From: Vitrella brassicaformis CCMP3155
Taxonomy: Eukaryota > Protista > Chromerida
Assembly (NCBI GenBank): GCA_001179505.1
Contig: CDMY01000489.1
Coordinates: 1-64,000, forward strand
Length of the DNA stretch: 64,000 nucleotides
Direction: 5' to 3'
The notes under the pieces were generated by a model. It had not been told where the DNA came from and made no database searches. It worked only from the letters and a program-made list of their open reading frames with translations. The stretch's first letter is position 1. The number at the start of each line of letters is the position of its first letter. Below, piece after piece: positions 34,126 through 47,015 of the stretch. The translations under genes and the position numbers were made by a program.

Positions 34126-36154
34126 ATGAATGAAAGATCTTCATCCGTTCGCTTCAGCCCGAGGCCAGTTATCGTCCTTTTGCTTCTCCTGCTGACAAAA
34201 GCGACAAAGACAGCTTCGTTCGCTCATTGTTCATCGATATATTCATCATCCCGTGCCCAGCCTCTCGTCGGCGTCCACCCCTGCGGCCTCTTTCGCAGCA
34301 ATGCCCATGCCCTCCCACATCAGCCTTTATCTCGACGACAGTGTGCTCGGACAGCATCTCTGTCGCCTCTTGATCCATTCCTGCAATGGGCTGAGGATGC
34401 CGGGATTGAGGTTCATGACGTGATGGCTTACGAGGAGGCGGACGGCAGCGAGGAGGTCTACCGGGGACTGCGGTGCACGTCGCAGATTGGTGCGAGTGAC
34501 GGAGGGCAGCGGACTACACTGGTGTCGCTTCCGCGGTCTGCTGCTCTTTTGGAGAGTGAAGAGTCGCCAAACCCGTTGCCATTCATTGTGCAAGACGAGG
34601 TGAGGCTGCAGCAGAGTGTGGCCCATGTGTCGGTATACGATGGCCTGCTGGTCCTCGGTTTTGTTTGTGTCACGTCAGGCTTGGCAATACTTGCCCACGT
34701 GGATTCGTCTGGTTGTCCGTCTGCTGATAGAGAGGCGCCTGGGCGCCTCGTCGTCGTTCCGCCCCTATCTCGCCTTGCTGCCGTCCTCCTTCCCATCGCT
34801 GCCCTTCAACCACCTCCCCTTCATTCGCGCAGCGCTGGGCCGCTGCAGCCCTCTGTTAATGTCCATTGTCGATAAGGCGCAGGAGGACTTGGCTGGCATG
34901 CACTTCTTCCTCTCTGCCACCCTGAACCTGACCACTGTCGAGAAAACCATGGCGGCATCCGCCGGCAGGTCCGCTGAGGGGAGGGGGAAGGGGCAGATGG
35001 AGAATGATGATTTCGGGCTGCCGATGAGCGGCCCGCTGACCGTGCGTGAGTACCTGTGGGCCGTGTGTGTGGTGCTGACGCGAGCCGTGCCCATGAAGGA
35101 TGCCACCGGGCGGTCGCTCGAGCTCATTGCTCCCATGATCGATCTGGTGAATCACAACTCGTCGCAATACGGTACGTACGTGATGAAGGAAGGCCTATGA
35201 GCAGAGGGGAGCTTATTATGTGTCTGCGTGTTGATGGGTGTGTAGGTGCATCGGGTGTGGCCTACAACGAGACGAGCGACGCTTTTGAGTTCTTCACCAC
35301 TTCCGCATATCAAGAGGGGGATGAGATCTTCTTTGCTTACGGGCCCAAGACAAACGACGACCTCCTGAGGTATAGATAGACCAGAAGGCGCACGTACACA
35401 CACTGGGCGATTTGTGTGCGTGTGATTTCAGGGGCTTCGGCTTCGTAGAAGCGAACAATCGGTTCGACAATGTCTTCGTTGGCACCATCCTGCAGCCCAT
35501 CCTCATGCAAGACGCTGCACTGGCAGACGCTCTCGACTTCCATCCTGAGGGGATCCAGCCGGCAACAGATGATGACGATGGCCAGCGGTTAGGACTCGCT
35601 TTGTCAGCTGAGCGTTCTGAGCTGCTACGGGAGCACAGGAGTGACATGCTGGAGAGCCTCTTCGGCTCGTCTGCGGTGGTCGGGGTGCAGGGACCGTCTT
35701 CGCGCATGGCAGGGGCGCTGGCTACTCTGTTCTGCAGTGACGATGAGCTGCAAAAGGTGATTGAGTGCAAGACATTCGCCCAGACACCCCTTGATTGCTG
35801 CCTTTCCTTCCCTGTTTGCAGCTCGTGCTTCTGAAAGGCCCTGAATCGCGCCTCTGGTGGTTTGATGATGAGCAACACGTGACCCCAGAGACCGCTCCCG
35901 AGAAGCCTGACCCCTCTCTGTTGGCCGCGTGTGTCGATAGCCCGTCGATAGGCCAGGTGCTTAGAAGGGCGGTTGAAGCGTCGCGGCAAGCCCTGCAGAG
36001 GCTGCGCGATGAGGTGTATGAGGGGGCAAAGGCGTATGAGGGGCGGGATGGCGCAGAGTGGGAGACAGATCGGGTGGTTGAGATGGTGGCGGGCGCGTAT
36101 GTGAGAGAGAAGGAGCGAATTCTTCGGGAGTTCTCGTTGGTCCTCGCTGATTGA
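34126..36154 (+). CDS. SET-domain lysine methyltransferase, Rubisco LSMT/SETD3-like, with signal/transit peptide
   Basis: FLQWAEDAGI, YRGL, FRPYLALLP, YLWAVCVVLTRA, APMIDLVNH, GDEIFFAYGPKTNDDLL..GFGFV. Hydrophobic leader VIVLLLLLLTKATKTASF. Confidence 0.9.
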
Positions 36155-36369
36155 CCTTGTTCATGTGTCCCGATGAATGTGGATTGACGCAGGGGCACAT
36201 TGTTACTGGTCTTCGAGGGTATGTATCCATCCATGTATCACTGCTGTCTCTCTACGAGTTATTCCCATCGATTTGCATCGTCTGTCTGTCTGTCTGTCTG
36301 CATCGCGCCTCTACCATTTCTGTGTCGCGCCTCTACCGTCACACACACTCGTCTAAGGCTGAGAGACTC

Positions 36370-37042
36370 TCATCAGACTCGACCACCAGGATGTGGTGTC
36401 CGCGGCCGAGGCCTTTATCGCCGAGCGACAGGCGATGGAGGCTGCGTGGGTGAGACAGATCGGGTCGCAGACGCCCGGTGAGCAGAGACATGATATATGA
36501 CTGTGTCTCCATTGATTGCAATGGGTGCCTTAAAATGCAGACTGTATCAGGTCAGAAGTGCGCCAGAGGGTCAGAGACCTGCTCCAGATGGTTGACGAGC
36601 TGCCGTTCGGCCACCTGGACAGCGATGTGTACGACGGCATTAGAGACCGCATTGATCGCATCATAGAGCTGTAAGTCAGGGGCAGGCAGATACATACATA
36701 TCAAAGACACATCCATCAATCTCTTGTCGTCTGGTTCGTTCAGTATCGATGGCTGCGAGGACCAGAGCGATTACTTCGCTCTCGTCCACAAGAAGTCCCT
36801 CGAAGCAGTGGTGGAGGAGGCGGTGAGCGAATGCATTCACAGACGCTAGCCAGTAAGGCATGGAAGCATCCAGCTGCCTGTCTGTCTTGCCTGCAATCAA
36901 TCAGGGCTTCACCGTGCCCAAAACTGCACCGACACTGACCTCTACACAGCAGACGGCCACCACACAGAGTGCTGCGTCTGTTGATGACGATATGCAGCTG
37001 AGTGTCGACGACGCCCCTGCAGATGCCGACATGGAGGACTGA
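36370..37042 (+). CDS. Small hypothetical protein, multi-exon (start uncertain)
   Basis: GT-AG bounded coding-like exons LDHQDVVSAAEAFIAERQAMEAA / SEVRQRVRDLLQMVDELPFGHLDSDVYDGIRDRIDRIIEL / IDGCEDQSDYFALVHKKSLEAVVEEA / GFTVPK...DADMED*. Confidence 0.5.
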
Positions 37043-37849
37043 CTGACCAACCCAGACAGACGTGTGTGGACGTGTCGCCTGTATGTGTGTGGCCACGGGA
37101 CAGACTCGGCGATGAGACAGACAAACTCGTGGACACGTTGTCTGCCTGGCGGTGTCCGTGTGCCGTGTGTGCTGCAGATGGCTACTCACACGCGGCTGGC
37201 GGACACTCGAACACACACAAGCGACGTGTGTGTGCGGACCGGTGACGTACACGGCTGACTGCCGAGAGAGACTCACTCGATCGAATAGCATCTACATACC
37301 TCCCCCCTTTATTTCGCTTGGCTTTGTGTCCGTTTGTCGTCGTCATGGTCGTCCAGCCCACATACACCCACCCACCCACCCACCCACGGCCATACAGAGA
37401 GAAGCATTCATACACACACACACACCATCCACACACACATCCACACATCCACACATCCACACATATACAGACACCCCGGGCAGGCGTATACTTACGAGCA
37501 ACCGGCGGGCCGGCCGGCCGGCCGGGAAGCAGGGCGGTCCTCAGTTAATTCACCAAGCCGCCCCCGCCTCCGCCGACAGCCCCACACCTCTGCTGTCGAT
37601 GTTGATCTTGGCGCCACCGACGCGATTACCTTCACACACACACACACACACACATGTTAACTGGTCGGTTTCTTGTGTGTCATTGTCGTATGGGTATGCT
37701 AGCATACCCATGTGGCCTTCTCATCGACTTTGCCACATTTCATTCTATTGCATTCTCGAACAACCTGAGTGTCAAGCCTCTATGAAGCCAGTGATATGAT
37801 CAGCCAACGAATACATCCATGCGCACAGGCAAGTTCTGTCTGACGCGCT

Positions 37850-39853
37850 AGTAGTCGTACACCGACCTGAACTCAATGAGGCACGCACCCTCCTCCATGA
37901 CTCCCTCCACCGACAAATAAGTGCGACCGTACACGCAGGCTCAGGTACAAACTTGTGCATGCACACGCAGTATGATACATGATAGTGTATGCATTGCACT
38001 CACAGATGCGTGCATTCCTCCAGTGCACGGCGCCATCTGAAGGCGCTGATACGCCGACGCTCACTGGTGTCACATGCCTCCTCACCCCCCTGATCTGCTC
38101 TCACAGACCGCTGGTCTGCTGGCTGCTCTTTCTGTGTCTCGCTGCTTGGTCCTGCCAGGCTCGCCAGTCGCCTCAAAAAGACCACTAAGTACATCTGGAC
38201 TGCCTCAGGAGTCAGACAATGCCTGCAAGAAACTCACACGTAGAGAAGCAAGACGAACCATTTACTTGTCCTGATCCGTCATGTATTCGTCCTGTCACCA
38301 TGCGAACAGGTGTCCTGCCTTGGCCATGCGCGAAGCCACATGATCGTTCTGGCGAAGCCATTGCACTTTTTCCTGCAGGTCTTGGGCGGTGATGAAAGGG
38401 ACCAGCAAGGGCTTCAGGAGAGGGTCGAAGAATTGAGCGGCCTCCGTTCCACGAGACGACTGGAAGATAACAGCCCCGGACAAGAGCAGTAGACGCAGCC
38501 TCACGCTCCAGGGGCCATGCTGAACGACATATGGAGGATCAAGAGCATCGAGCTGTCTCACCAGGAGGGACAGCCGGCCCGCCGAAAGCAAACCACGTGT
38601 GTGTGCGTATGTGCGTACCCCAGGCATGTCGAGGAGGTACTTGGCATTCATCATACCCTTCTGCCACTCATCAAAGCCAGTTGCATTCTCGCGGCAGATG
38701 TGCGATGCATCGCAGCCATACTTGCTGAAACAAACAACCCCAATACGCACCGAGCAGACGCCTGTCGCTGCATTCGGTCGCGTACGTACTTCTGAAGCTC
38801 ATTTGCTGCTTCCACACAATCCAATGATGGCTTCCTCCGCGCGTCCGTTACATATACGTGTTCCGACATGCGCCGATCAAGCAGCCGCAGCTTACACGCC
38901 AGCTCCAACCGCGCCTTGTCCGTATACCGACCGATGAAGAACAGATCGCCGTCTTTCGCGTCCCACATGTCCTCCCAGCTCTGGTCGCTGAGTTGCCCCC
39001 CGCCCCTGTAGAGTGACCTCCATAGAAGCCGCCGCGTCGACTTCTCTTCCTTGTTACCGAATCCCGTAGTGGGGTTTATGTAGGGCTGGCCAGGCACGTC
39101 CCAGGAGAAGGCGCGGAAGGAAGACGTCGAAACGAGCAAGCCGGGCGGAGCAGATGTCATGTTGTGTCTGGGATGGAGAGCAAACGGCCGCCCACCGGTC
39201 TCTTCTTCTCCATGCTGGCAGAAGTCGTGGAAGGGGACAAGAGAATGCCTGCGGAAAGGACACACGTGCGTCAGCCAGCCAGTAGACGTGCCTTCCCCAT
39301 TGACTTACCACATCAGCGGACAGTCGTCAGCGCTCAGCGTCAGGTGCACGTCATTCGAAAAAGCAACTTGACGAGCAGCGTGCTTTGCAGCATCAGCAAG
39401 GGCGCGAACATAGTGCTGTGACCACAGAGGATTGTGGTTGCGCTTCCACCGCGGCTGACACTTCCCCAGCGGGTGGCAATAGAGTGTCCCATCAGGTGCA
39501 GACACGCTCAGCCTCACAGGTGGTAGATCGAAATACGGCATCTTCACGGCGTTGTCAGCCACAGTCGATAAGTCCACATGATGATTGCTGAGCGCCTTGA
39601 GGGTATCACTCGTGTCCAGCGTCTCCTCCCACCACCTCTCGCAATGGTTGCCCAGGAGGTCATCAGCGTGCAGGCGGCCAATCAAGGCGTCCAGGGCCAT
39701 CACGTTGATGGCATCTGCTGCCGTTCTCTCGGGTGTGACCTGTCGGAAGATGGATGAGAAAACGCGGGTGCCTCGGTCAACAGAGAGACTTTGGAAGACC
39801 AGGATGGCGACACCAAGACATGGGATGCCCAAAAGAAGGCGGCCCGACACCAT
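37850..39853 (-). CDS. Glycosyltransferase family 90 (CAP10/KDELC/Rumi-like), type II membrane; 3' end approximate
   Basis: N-terminal anchor LLLGIPCLGVAILVF; RRLLWRS; AKYLLDMPG...WSVRLRLLLLSGAVIFQ; QFFDPLLKP; DLQEKVQWLRQNDHVASRMAKAG. Confidence 0.85.
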
Positions 39854-40295
39854 AGTCGGAGGGAAGTTGCTGATGAATCCTACAGTGTACTGGTGACCGT
39901 TGCGGCATTCCTAAATCAAAGATAATCCCTTTCTGTGCGAAGGGCAAGGCCAGGGGCACGCTCAAATGAGTCTGCAGTAACGATTCACGATTGTAGAACA
40001 CCGGCGACTGTCGTCTGACGATGGATGTCCTTGTACACTGTGCGCATGCGTAAACTTGCACGCGGGGATGCCGCAAGGCTGTTCCACTCTTGCTGGTGGC
40101 TGCGTTCGCCTTCTTCGGTCGCGCCACTTCTAATGACGAGCCGAGGAGGGGGTCCCTATCTCCTTCCGACCCGCCGCCCTCTCTTGACCGCCGTCGGTTC
40201 ATCGTTGAGCCGACGGCGGTCAAGAGCGTCCGAGCAACGACTAGCCACTGATTGACTCAAATGCGGAGGGCACCGAAGGTGCCCGAGCAGCCGAC

Positions 40296-40400
40296 GGCAG
40301 GTCAGTCAATCTGTGTGATTCATGGATGGCGGAGCGAGGGATGCAGCGCTGCAAACCGACGCGGAGACATACATGAATCACACAGATTGACTGACCTGCC
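40296..40400. repeat. Perfect 29-bp inverted repeat with a central 12-bp palindrome (fold-back element)
   Basis: 40296-40324 GGCAGGTCAGTCAATCTGTGTGATTCATG is the reverse complement of 40372-40400. TGCAGCGCTGCA lies at 40342-40353. Confidence 0.9.
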
Positions 40401-41141
40401 TGGGCCCCCTCCCTTCGGACATGAATATATCTCATAGTGTTTATGGTGAGCTGGTGAGGTCAACAGATTCAGTCCCGAATGCTCTTCATACCGCCATGCC
40501 TTTCCATCAGCAACACACGCAAACAGCACCGGCACAATCAGGCGCATTCTCCCGCCTGTGGTCAAGCAAGTGGAGGCCGTCAGCCGAGGGCGAGAAGGCG
40601 GCATTGGCGGGCCGAAACGAGGACATCGGCACCAGAGAGAGGGAGCTGTATTTCTTTGGCGTGTCGCCCATCGATCGTTGAGCTTGGGTCTGTGTGTACA
40701 AGTGTACTACATGAATGGAATGACAGCGAGCTGGGCTTATCCCTCAGCTATCTATCATCGGACAAAGTGTTTCCCATCCTTACCTGCCTACCATACTTAC
40801 CGTCACGCACACAAATCATTGGTCATCACCTGCGGGCGGCCTGTCTGTCTATCTGTCTCTGTCTGTCAGCCTATCAGTCAATTATGCACACGGACACCAC
40901 ACCTGCTTTGTGGCTGACCCACCCACACACACACACGCCGCTTTCGCGCATATGGACACTCTCACATCACACACAGCATAAGACAGACAACACACGCCAC
41001 GCGCACACGCAAGCCAGAGAGAGAGAGAGTGCAGCTCACAGAGAACCAAATACAGTAGACACGCACACACACACATAGAGAGAGAACAGTCAGCACCTTT
41101 CCTCTCTGAAACCCCACCCATGAGTCCGTCCATGAGTGCAC

Positions 41142-44100
41142 CTATCTCCGACTGCCGCCGTCGCATTCCTTCGGCCCGCTGACGACCCTCATCTCGCCGT
41201 CAGCCCGCTCAACGACCTCCTGCTCTTCCTTTTTCAAGTGGCAGGTGCGCTCGAGGCCGTAGAAGGACCAGTGCTGGCACTGTGAGTGCTGCAGACACAG
41301 ATGTTGGCACAGCTGGGCGCTCCGCACGTCAGCCAGGGAGAGGATGTCGCCGCCGACGTATTCCACACCTTTCAGGAAACAACCTGCACAGGATAGGTAG
41401 GACAGAAAGGAGACACACAGATGTCTCGTCGCTGTCTATGCGGAGAGCATCTACCTGCTCACCCACCCACACCCCCACACACCTGTCTCTTCTTCCTCCC
41501 CTTCTAGTGCACTGTCTCCCTCTCCACCCAACGGGTCCTCTGGGTCGTTTTGTTGTTCCTCAGGTGACACCACCTCTTCCCTGCTGCTGCTGCTGCTCCT
41601 GTCAGAGGTGACCTTGTCGCACTCCCTCTTGCCGCTGATGACCGTCGCCGTGCCGGCAGGGCTCCTCGAGTCCACAGACGACCACAGCACACACGTTTGG
41701 TCGCCCACAGGAAAGCGGTACTCGTATGCCACACACCCGTCCCTCTCTCTGCAGGCCGTTATGCAATCGCTGGGCGAGCTGATGGGCGTGAGTGTGTCCA
41801 GGATCTCGCCCGTAATTGCCGTTGCAATGTCGTAGCACCGCTGGCACGTGTGGTCGGGCGTGAGGTGCAGCCCGTCGGCACACTCTCGGCACACGGGGGC
41901 GTCCTTCTCCACTCCTGCGGGAGGCTCCACTCCTGAGTGGTCGGCGCATTTGTGGCAGTCGTCGAGTGTGCATGGAAGGCACTGCCCGGCGTCCGACGAG
42001 AGGTAGTGGCCCCTGGCGCACCTCGTGCACGTGCCGTTCCTTGACGCCAGCGTAGACACACTGCCGGCGTCACACTTGACACAATTCTCAATTGGACACG
42101 CTGAGACACACAACACAGACCATGTGTGTGTTGTGTTGTGTTGGTCCAGGGGCGTGGCGTACCCTGGCACATGCCGAATCCGTCTTGGTCGACCAGCACG
42201 TACCCCTCCATGCACCGCCGGCACTCCCCTCTGCGACCACACCGCTCGCACCCCACACTGTCGCACAGCATGCACCGCCCGTCGCCCCCCAGATACATGC
42301 CGGCGGGACACGGCGACCCGTCGGTGCTGAGCGGCAGCAGGTCGATGCGGAAGGCGGCCGTCAGCAGCACCGATGTGTCGTCGTCGAAGATGACCGTCAG
42401 GTCGAACACATGGGGGGGAGGGGGGAGCAGAGACGCCGGCATGGGCGGCAGGATGGCGTCGATCGTCGTCTCCTGCAGACAGACACCACGATTAATGCGG
42501 CCATACACAGACGTGTAGGCATCTATCTCTTCCTGTTTGTTGTCCTTGCTCACTTACCGTGCAGTCGACCAGCCTGGCGGGACGGGAGCCGACCTTGACC
42601 TGCCGGACGCCCCCCCTGCCGTTAAGGCCCGCCCCACCGACCCGCAGATGATGGCTGACGTCCACCCGGCCCCTCCACGGCCACACGTCGTACAAGACAG
42701 GCACTGACACATCCTCGTCTCCACTTCGGTCAATGGCACGCGGCTTCGGCGTCAGCACCTCCACTCGAGACTTGTTCTTGTCGACACCGATGATGCGGCA
42801 GCCGGGGCCGTATGCGAGTGAGTCGAAGTGCGTGTTGAGCCCCCATCGCGGCTGCCTGGTGTCCTTTGCACGTGTGTGGACCACCAGGAGGCCGCCGAAG
42901 TCCTCGTTGACATAGGACGCGATCAGGCGGCCCCTGAGCTGCCCGTCGAAACAGCTGCCCATGACCTCCGTCAGGCCGCTGATGCCCCGGGTGGTGGTAA
43001 AGCAGTGGCCGCCCAGCATCTCCTCGTCATCCTCCCCCACAGATGTGTCGGCCTTCTTCTGACCTCGGGCGCTGTTCGGCGCGCCCCAATGAGAGCCCTT
43101 GGCCAGCGGTCCAGCCACGCAATCGGACGTCGGCGGAGTCACCTGCAGCGGCTGTGGGCAGCTGGGAAGCGTGCATTCTGTTTCCATGGCCATGCCACCG
43201 TTGTCGGTGATGCCACCAGCAGCCACCCACAGCTGCCCCTGTGTCGTCCAGACGAGCTGCCGCGGCGAGCGGAAGCCCGATGCGTGAACGTCCAGCCACT
43301 TGGCCGAGTCGGGGGCGAGGGCGTGGTTGCTGCCCGCTGATTGGTCGTAGGAGGGGACGGGAGACTCGGTCTTCTGATTGATGTAGGCCAGCTGAGTGGT
43401 GTTGTGGATGCGCTTGGCGTGGAGGACGGCTGCCGTGAGGGGCGACTCGGGCAGACACCCTGACGCCTCGGTAGGAATGCCGCCGTTGGTCATACTCGGC
43501 TGTTTGTTTTAAGTGGGGGAGAGGGCAGGAGAACAGACAGGCTGTGCAGGTGGGTGCTGAGTGTCTGTCTCCTGGTTGGTACTCACTCACCTGAGATATG
43601 TATAGGTCTCCGTTGAAGTCGAAGGCCAGGTGGTTGGTCTGCTCCCCCCCGTTGGCCAGAGGCAGACGCTCGGTGAATGGACGCACATCGTCAAACGTGG
43701 GCCACCCTGCGCACACCACACACCACACTCCGCTTATCCCATGCCCCCGCCGACCGGATTCCCCACCTCTGAGCTCAGAAATGGTTGAGTTGTAAGGCAG
43801 CAGCTGCCCCTCCTTGAGGTAGCCGCAGCCCTCGCCGTAGAGCTGCAGCACACTGTGCGAGACCAGCAGCCGGGGGCCGGAGGACTCGTCGGCATAGGGG
43901 TCGAAAGTCAGGCCCATGATGGAGTGGCCCAGGCCGTAGGTCTGGGTGATTGACGCGATTCTGCGGACCTCCTTTGCTGGCTCAGATGCGTTGGCAGGGA
44001 ATGAGAACACCTGATCGGCACGTGGTGCAGACACGTGGGGTAAATAAGGATGTCTCTGTGTGTGTGTGTGTGTGTGTGTTTGGGGGGGGGGGGGGGGNNN

Positions 44101-46472
44101 NNNNNNNNNNNNNNNNNNNNNNNNNNNNNNNNNNNNNNNNNNNNNNNNNNNNNNNNNNNNNNNNNNNNNNNNNNNNNNNNNNNNNNNNNNNNNNNNNNNN
44201 NNNNNNNNNNNNNNNNNNNNNNNNNNNNNNNNNNNNNNNNNNNNNNNNNNNNNNNNNNNNNNNNNNNNNNNNNNNNNNNNNNNNNNNNNNNNNNNNNNNN
44301 NNNNNNNNNNNNNNNNNNNNNNNNNNNNNNNNNNNNNNNNNNNNNNNNNNNNNNNNNNNNNNNNNNNNNNNNNNNNNNNNNNNNNNNNNNNNNNNNNTTT
44401 GGGGGGGGGGGGGGGGTCGCTCCCCACTCACGAACAAGCTCACTCACATGGAGATGCCCCGTAAGGGAACCGACGTAGAGGAGCTGGTCGGGCCCCCAGA
44501 CGGTGACAGTGGGGTGGTCCACCTGTGCCACCACCCTCCTGTCGAATGCGACGGGGCCTTTGCCCCTCTCGCCCTCGTACACGAACATCTTCTTGTTGGA
44601 CCCGCCTCGCTGCGTCTCCACCCACACATTCACCTCCTTGACACTCGGCTCGTGCCAAGGCGGCACCTCCACCTCCACATACGAGTCGGGCATCTCGCTC
44701 ACCTCCGCCGCAACCGCACTGTCGTCGTCAAAATGCACCAAGATGGTGTTCTCGCCCTTCTGCTGCGGGGTGAGCATCCCCCGGCCGTGGATGCGTATGA
44801 CTGTCTTGGTGCGGCCGACATTGGGCTCTATATGGTTGATGAAGGGACGGGGCAGGAATGCGGTCTCATTGCGGAAGAAGGCCAGTGGCGCGGGGGTGAG
44901 TGATGGCGTGAGGGGGGAGGTGGCGGGGAAGAACTGCAGCGAGAGGGGGTCGGTTGGGGGATGCTGGAGGGAGAAGCGCACGTCGAACAGCTGCCGCGAG
45001 TTGCTGTGCGGCGAGATGACCAGGTTCTGAGTCAGGTTGTGGACGTGGCCGTTGATGTGGAGCGACGTGAACTTCAAAGGGTGCGTCGTCGTGATCGATA
45101 TGGGCTCTCGCTTGTCCAGCACACCTGCAAACAAACAAAAACCAGCAACGCCCATACATTTTCCAGCCACAAGCTCAATCAGCTGACCCTTTGAGGCTCT
45201 GAAGTCCAGGTATCCGATCAGCCGCACCAGGCACCCCCTCCCATACGCACTGTCCCCCACCCACCCGTTGCGCGCATCGATGGCCATGCCGTCGCGCCGG
45301 CCCACTCCCACCCACGACGGCACGTTGGGCAGCTCCTCAACAGGCGCCGACTGCCACCTCTCCAGCAGCTCCATGTGGGTGCCACTGTCGTACAGAAACA
45401 CCTGCACCCCAGGGAGGCGATCGATGGGCGCCACAGTGACGGATTTCTTGGCTGTGACGGTCTTGTTGGCGGAGCCGTTGGCAGACGACGTCACGGTGAG
45501 GGAGAGGGTGTGCTTGCCGACGGGCAGGGCGATGCCTTTCTCAGAATGGGGGCCCTCGTAGAGAACGGTCTCTTCGGCTGTCCTGTGTGTGGTCAGTTCC
45601 CACTTGTACTTGACGCCCTTGACTGTCGGCCGGAAGGCTTGGGCCGAGCTGGTGCATTCAGAGGAGCCGTCTGGGCAGGGCTTGGTGGGCTTGGTGGGCT
45701 TGGTGGGTGTTGGCTGCGGCAGCTGCAGGTTCCAGCTGAGAGGTGCCCGGGCGTCGAGCATGACAGATACCGCACCGTCGCCATTGTAGTCAGGCAACAC
45801 CTGCAACACGAACAAGGCCATCCCCCCGCCCATTCCTCCTTCCTCTCTCCCTTGTGCTGTGCTTACCTCCGGCACATAGATCATGGCCTTCTCCGGCCCT
45901 CCCCCCCTCAGTCGCTCCTCCACCCCGTTGATAACCCGCATCAGCTCCGTTTCATCTGGCTCGACCTGCTTCAGCCCCCACCACCCCAGCCGCTCCAGCA
46001 GTGCAGCGGCGATGGGCGCGTCCAGCCGCTCAAAGATGCGTCGGATGCCCAGCGTGCGGAGGAACTCGAGAGTCGACTCGAACGAGTACGTGTCCTGGCT
46101 GTAGGTCGTCTGCGCACCCTCTACGTCGGCCTCCAGTGCGGTGATGGCCGGCATCGACGACACGTCAGGGTGCCGCAGGAGAGAGAACAGCAGCGACGGC
46201 GGGAAGGCCATCTTGTGACCACCACCAGAGGAGCCGTCGGACATTGTCGCATTGGCTGTCGTGCCTGACACGACAAGCAGAAGGAACGTCAGTCACGAGC
46301 CAACTCTGTCTGAACAGCAGCAGTGTTCTTTCTGCCTGCCTTACACACCTTCTGCCAGCCTTTGCTGTTCGTCGAGAGAGGCCCTGAGCATGGCAATCTC
46401 CTGGGCGGCGGCCCGGAGAGCGTCAACGGCCGCGATGGTCCACAGGCACAAAGACGGGACAAACCGCACCAT
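41142..46472 (-). CDS. Large secreted multidomain protein: signal peptide, PKD/PA14-like, IPT/TIG, glucose/sorbosone dehydrogenase-like beta-propeller, IPT, furin-like Cys-rich repeats, two PAN/apple domains
   Basis: MVRFVPSLCLWTIAAVDA leader; PFINHIEPNVG (IPT); HPTVTVWGPDQLLYVGS, NHLAFDFNGDLYISQ, GFRSPRQLVWTTQGQLW (propeller); CxxC repeats; SPSDCITACRERDGCVAYEY and SAQLCQHLCLQHSQCQHWSF...CHLK...VSGPKEC (apple). Confidence 0.8.
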
Positions 46473-47015
46473 TTTGCAGGAAAAACGTCACCGTGCCGTG
46501 CGTGCGGCAAGCAGAACCTAGCGGTTTTCTCCCGAGCAGAAACAATAGTCCAATGGATGGTTTGGCCGGCCGGGATAATCTGGCCGGTAGGGTTTGGCCG
46601 TTGTAGTGTTGTATACAGTGCCTCTCCCCGCGGGGCCAACCAACCAACCAAGGGCGCCAAAAGGGGCTGCGGGCGTATATATATAAGTATACACTTCTGT
46701 AGTGTATAGCTCCCTCTCTCTACCTGCCGCCCCTCCCCATCTCCGCTCGACTGGCGCCGCCTTGCTGCTGCTCGCTGTGTGACGGCAACACGCTTCCCTC
46801 CTCCCACGCGCTGCAGCCAAGAGAAAAGGCCCGTCGAAGTTTCCCTACTTCTCTACCCGCCCCGCCCCGCCCCGACAGCCCGCCCGCCCGTGCGTGTATG
46901 CCTCTACACTTGTGTTGACTGACGTACGAGGCTCCGCTGAGTGGTGCCTGAGGTGAGCCCCGCCCGCACTGCTCCAGCCCCGCCCCTCCCCGGCCGGCAC
47001 ACGAGAGAGAGAGAG
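46473..47015. promoter_or_regulatory. Head-to-head intergenic/bidirectional promoter with TATA-like and GC-box-like runs
   Basis: Divergent ATGs at 46472(-) and 47016(+). TATATATATAAG at ~46676-46687 and (CCCCG)n at ~46857-46875. Confidence 0.5.

Noticed and set aside
43980-44480. Long ORFs running through the N gap 44098-44397 (and through 4043-4342, 24592-24891, 28803-29102)
   Set aside because: All four gaps are exactly 300 N (placeholders). At 44098 both flanks end in TTT+poly-G, and at 28803 both flanks repeat GACAGAGAGAGAGATGCAATGCAGGG, so the true gaps are probably near zero. ORF lengths across them are artefacts.
46688-46708. 8-bp stem hairpin TATACACT/AGTGTATA in the bidirectional promoter
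   Set aside because: It is short and AT-rich, and expected by chance in 64 kb.
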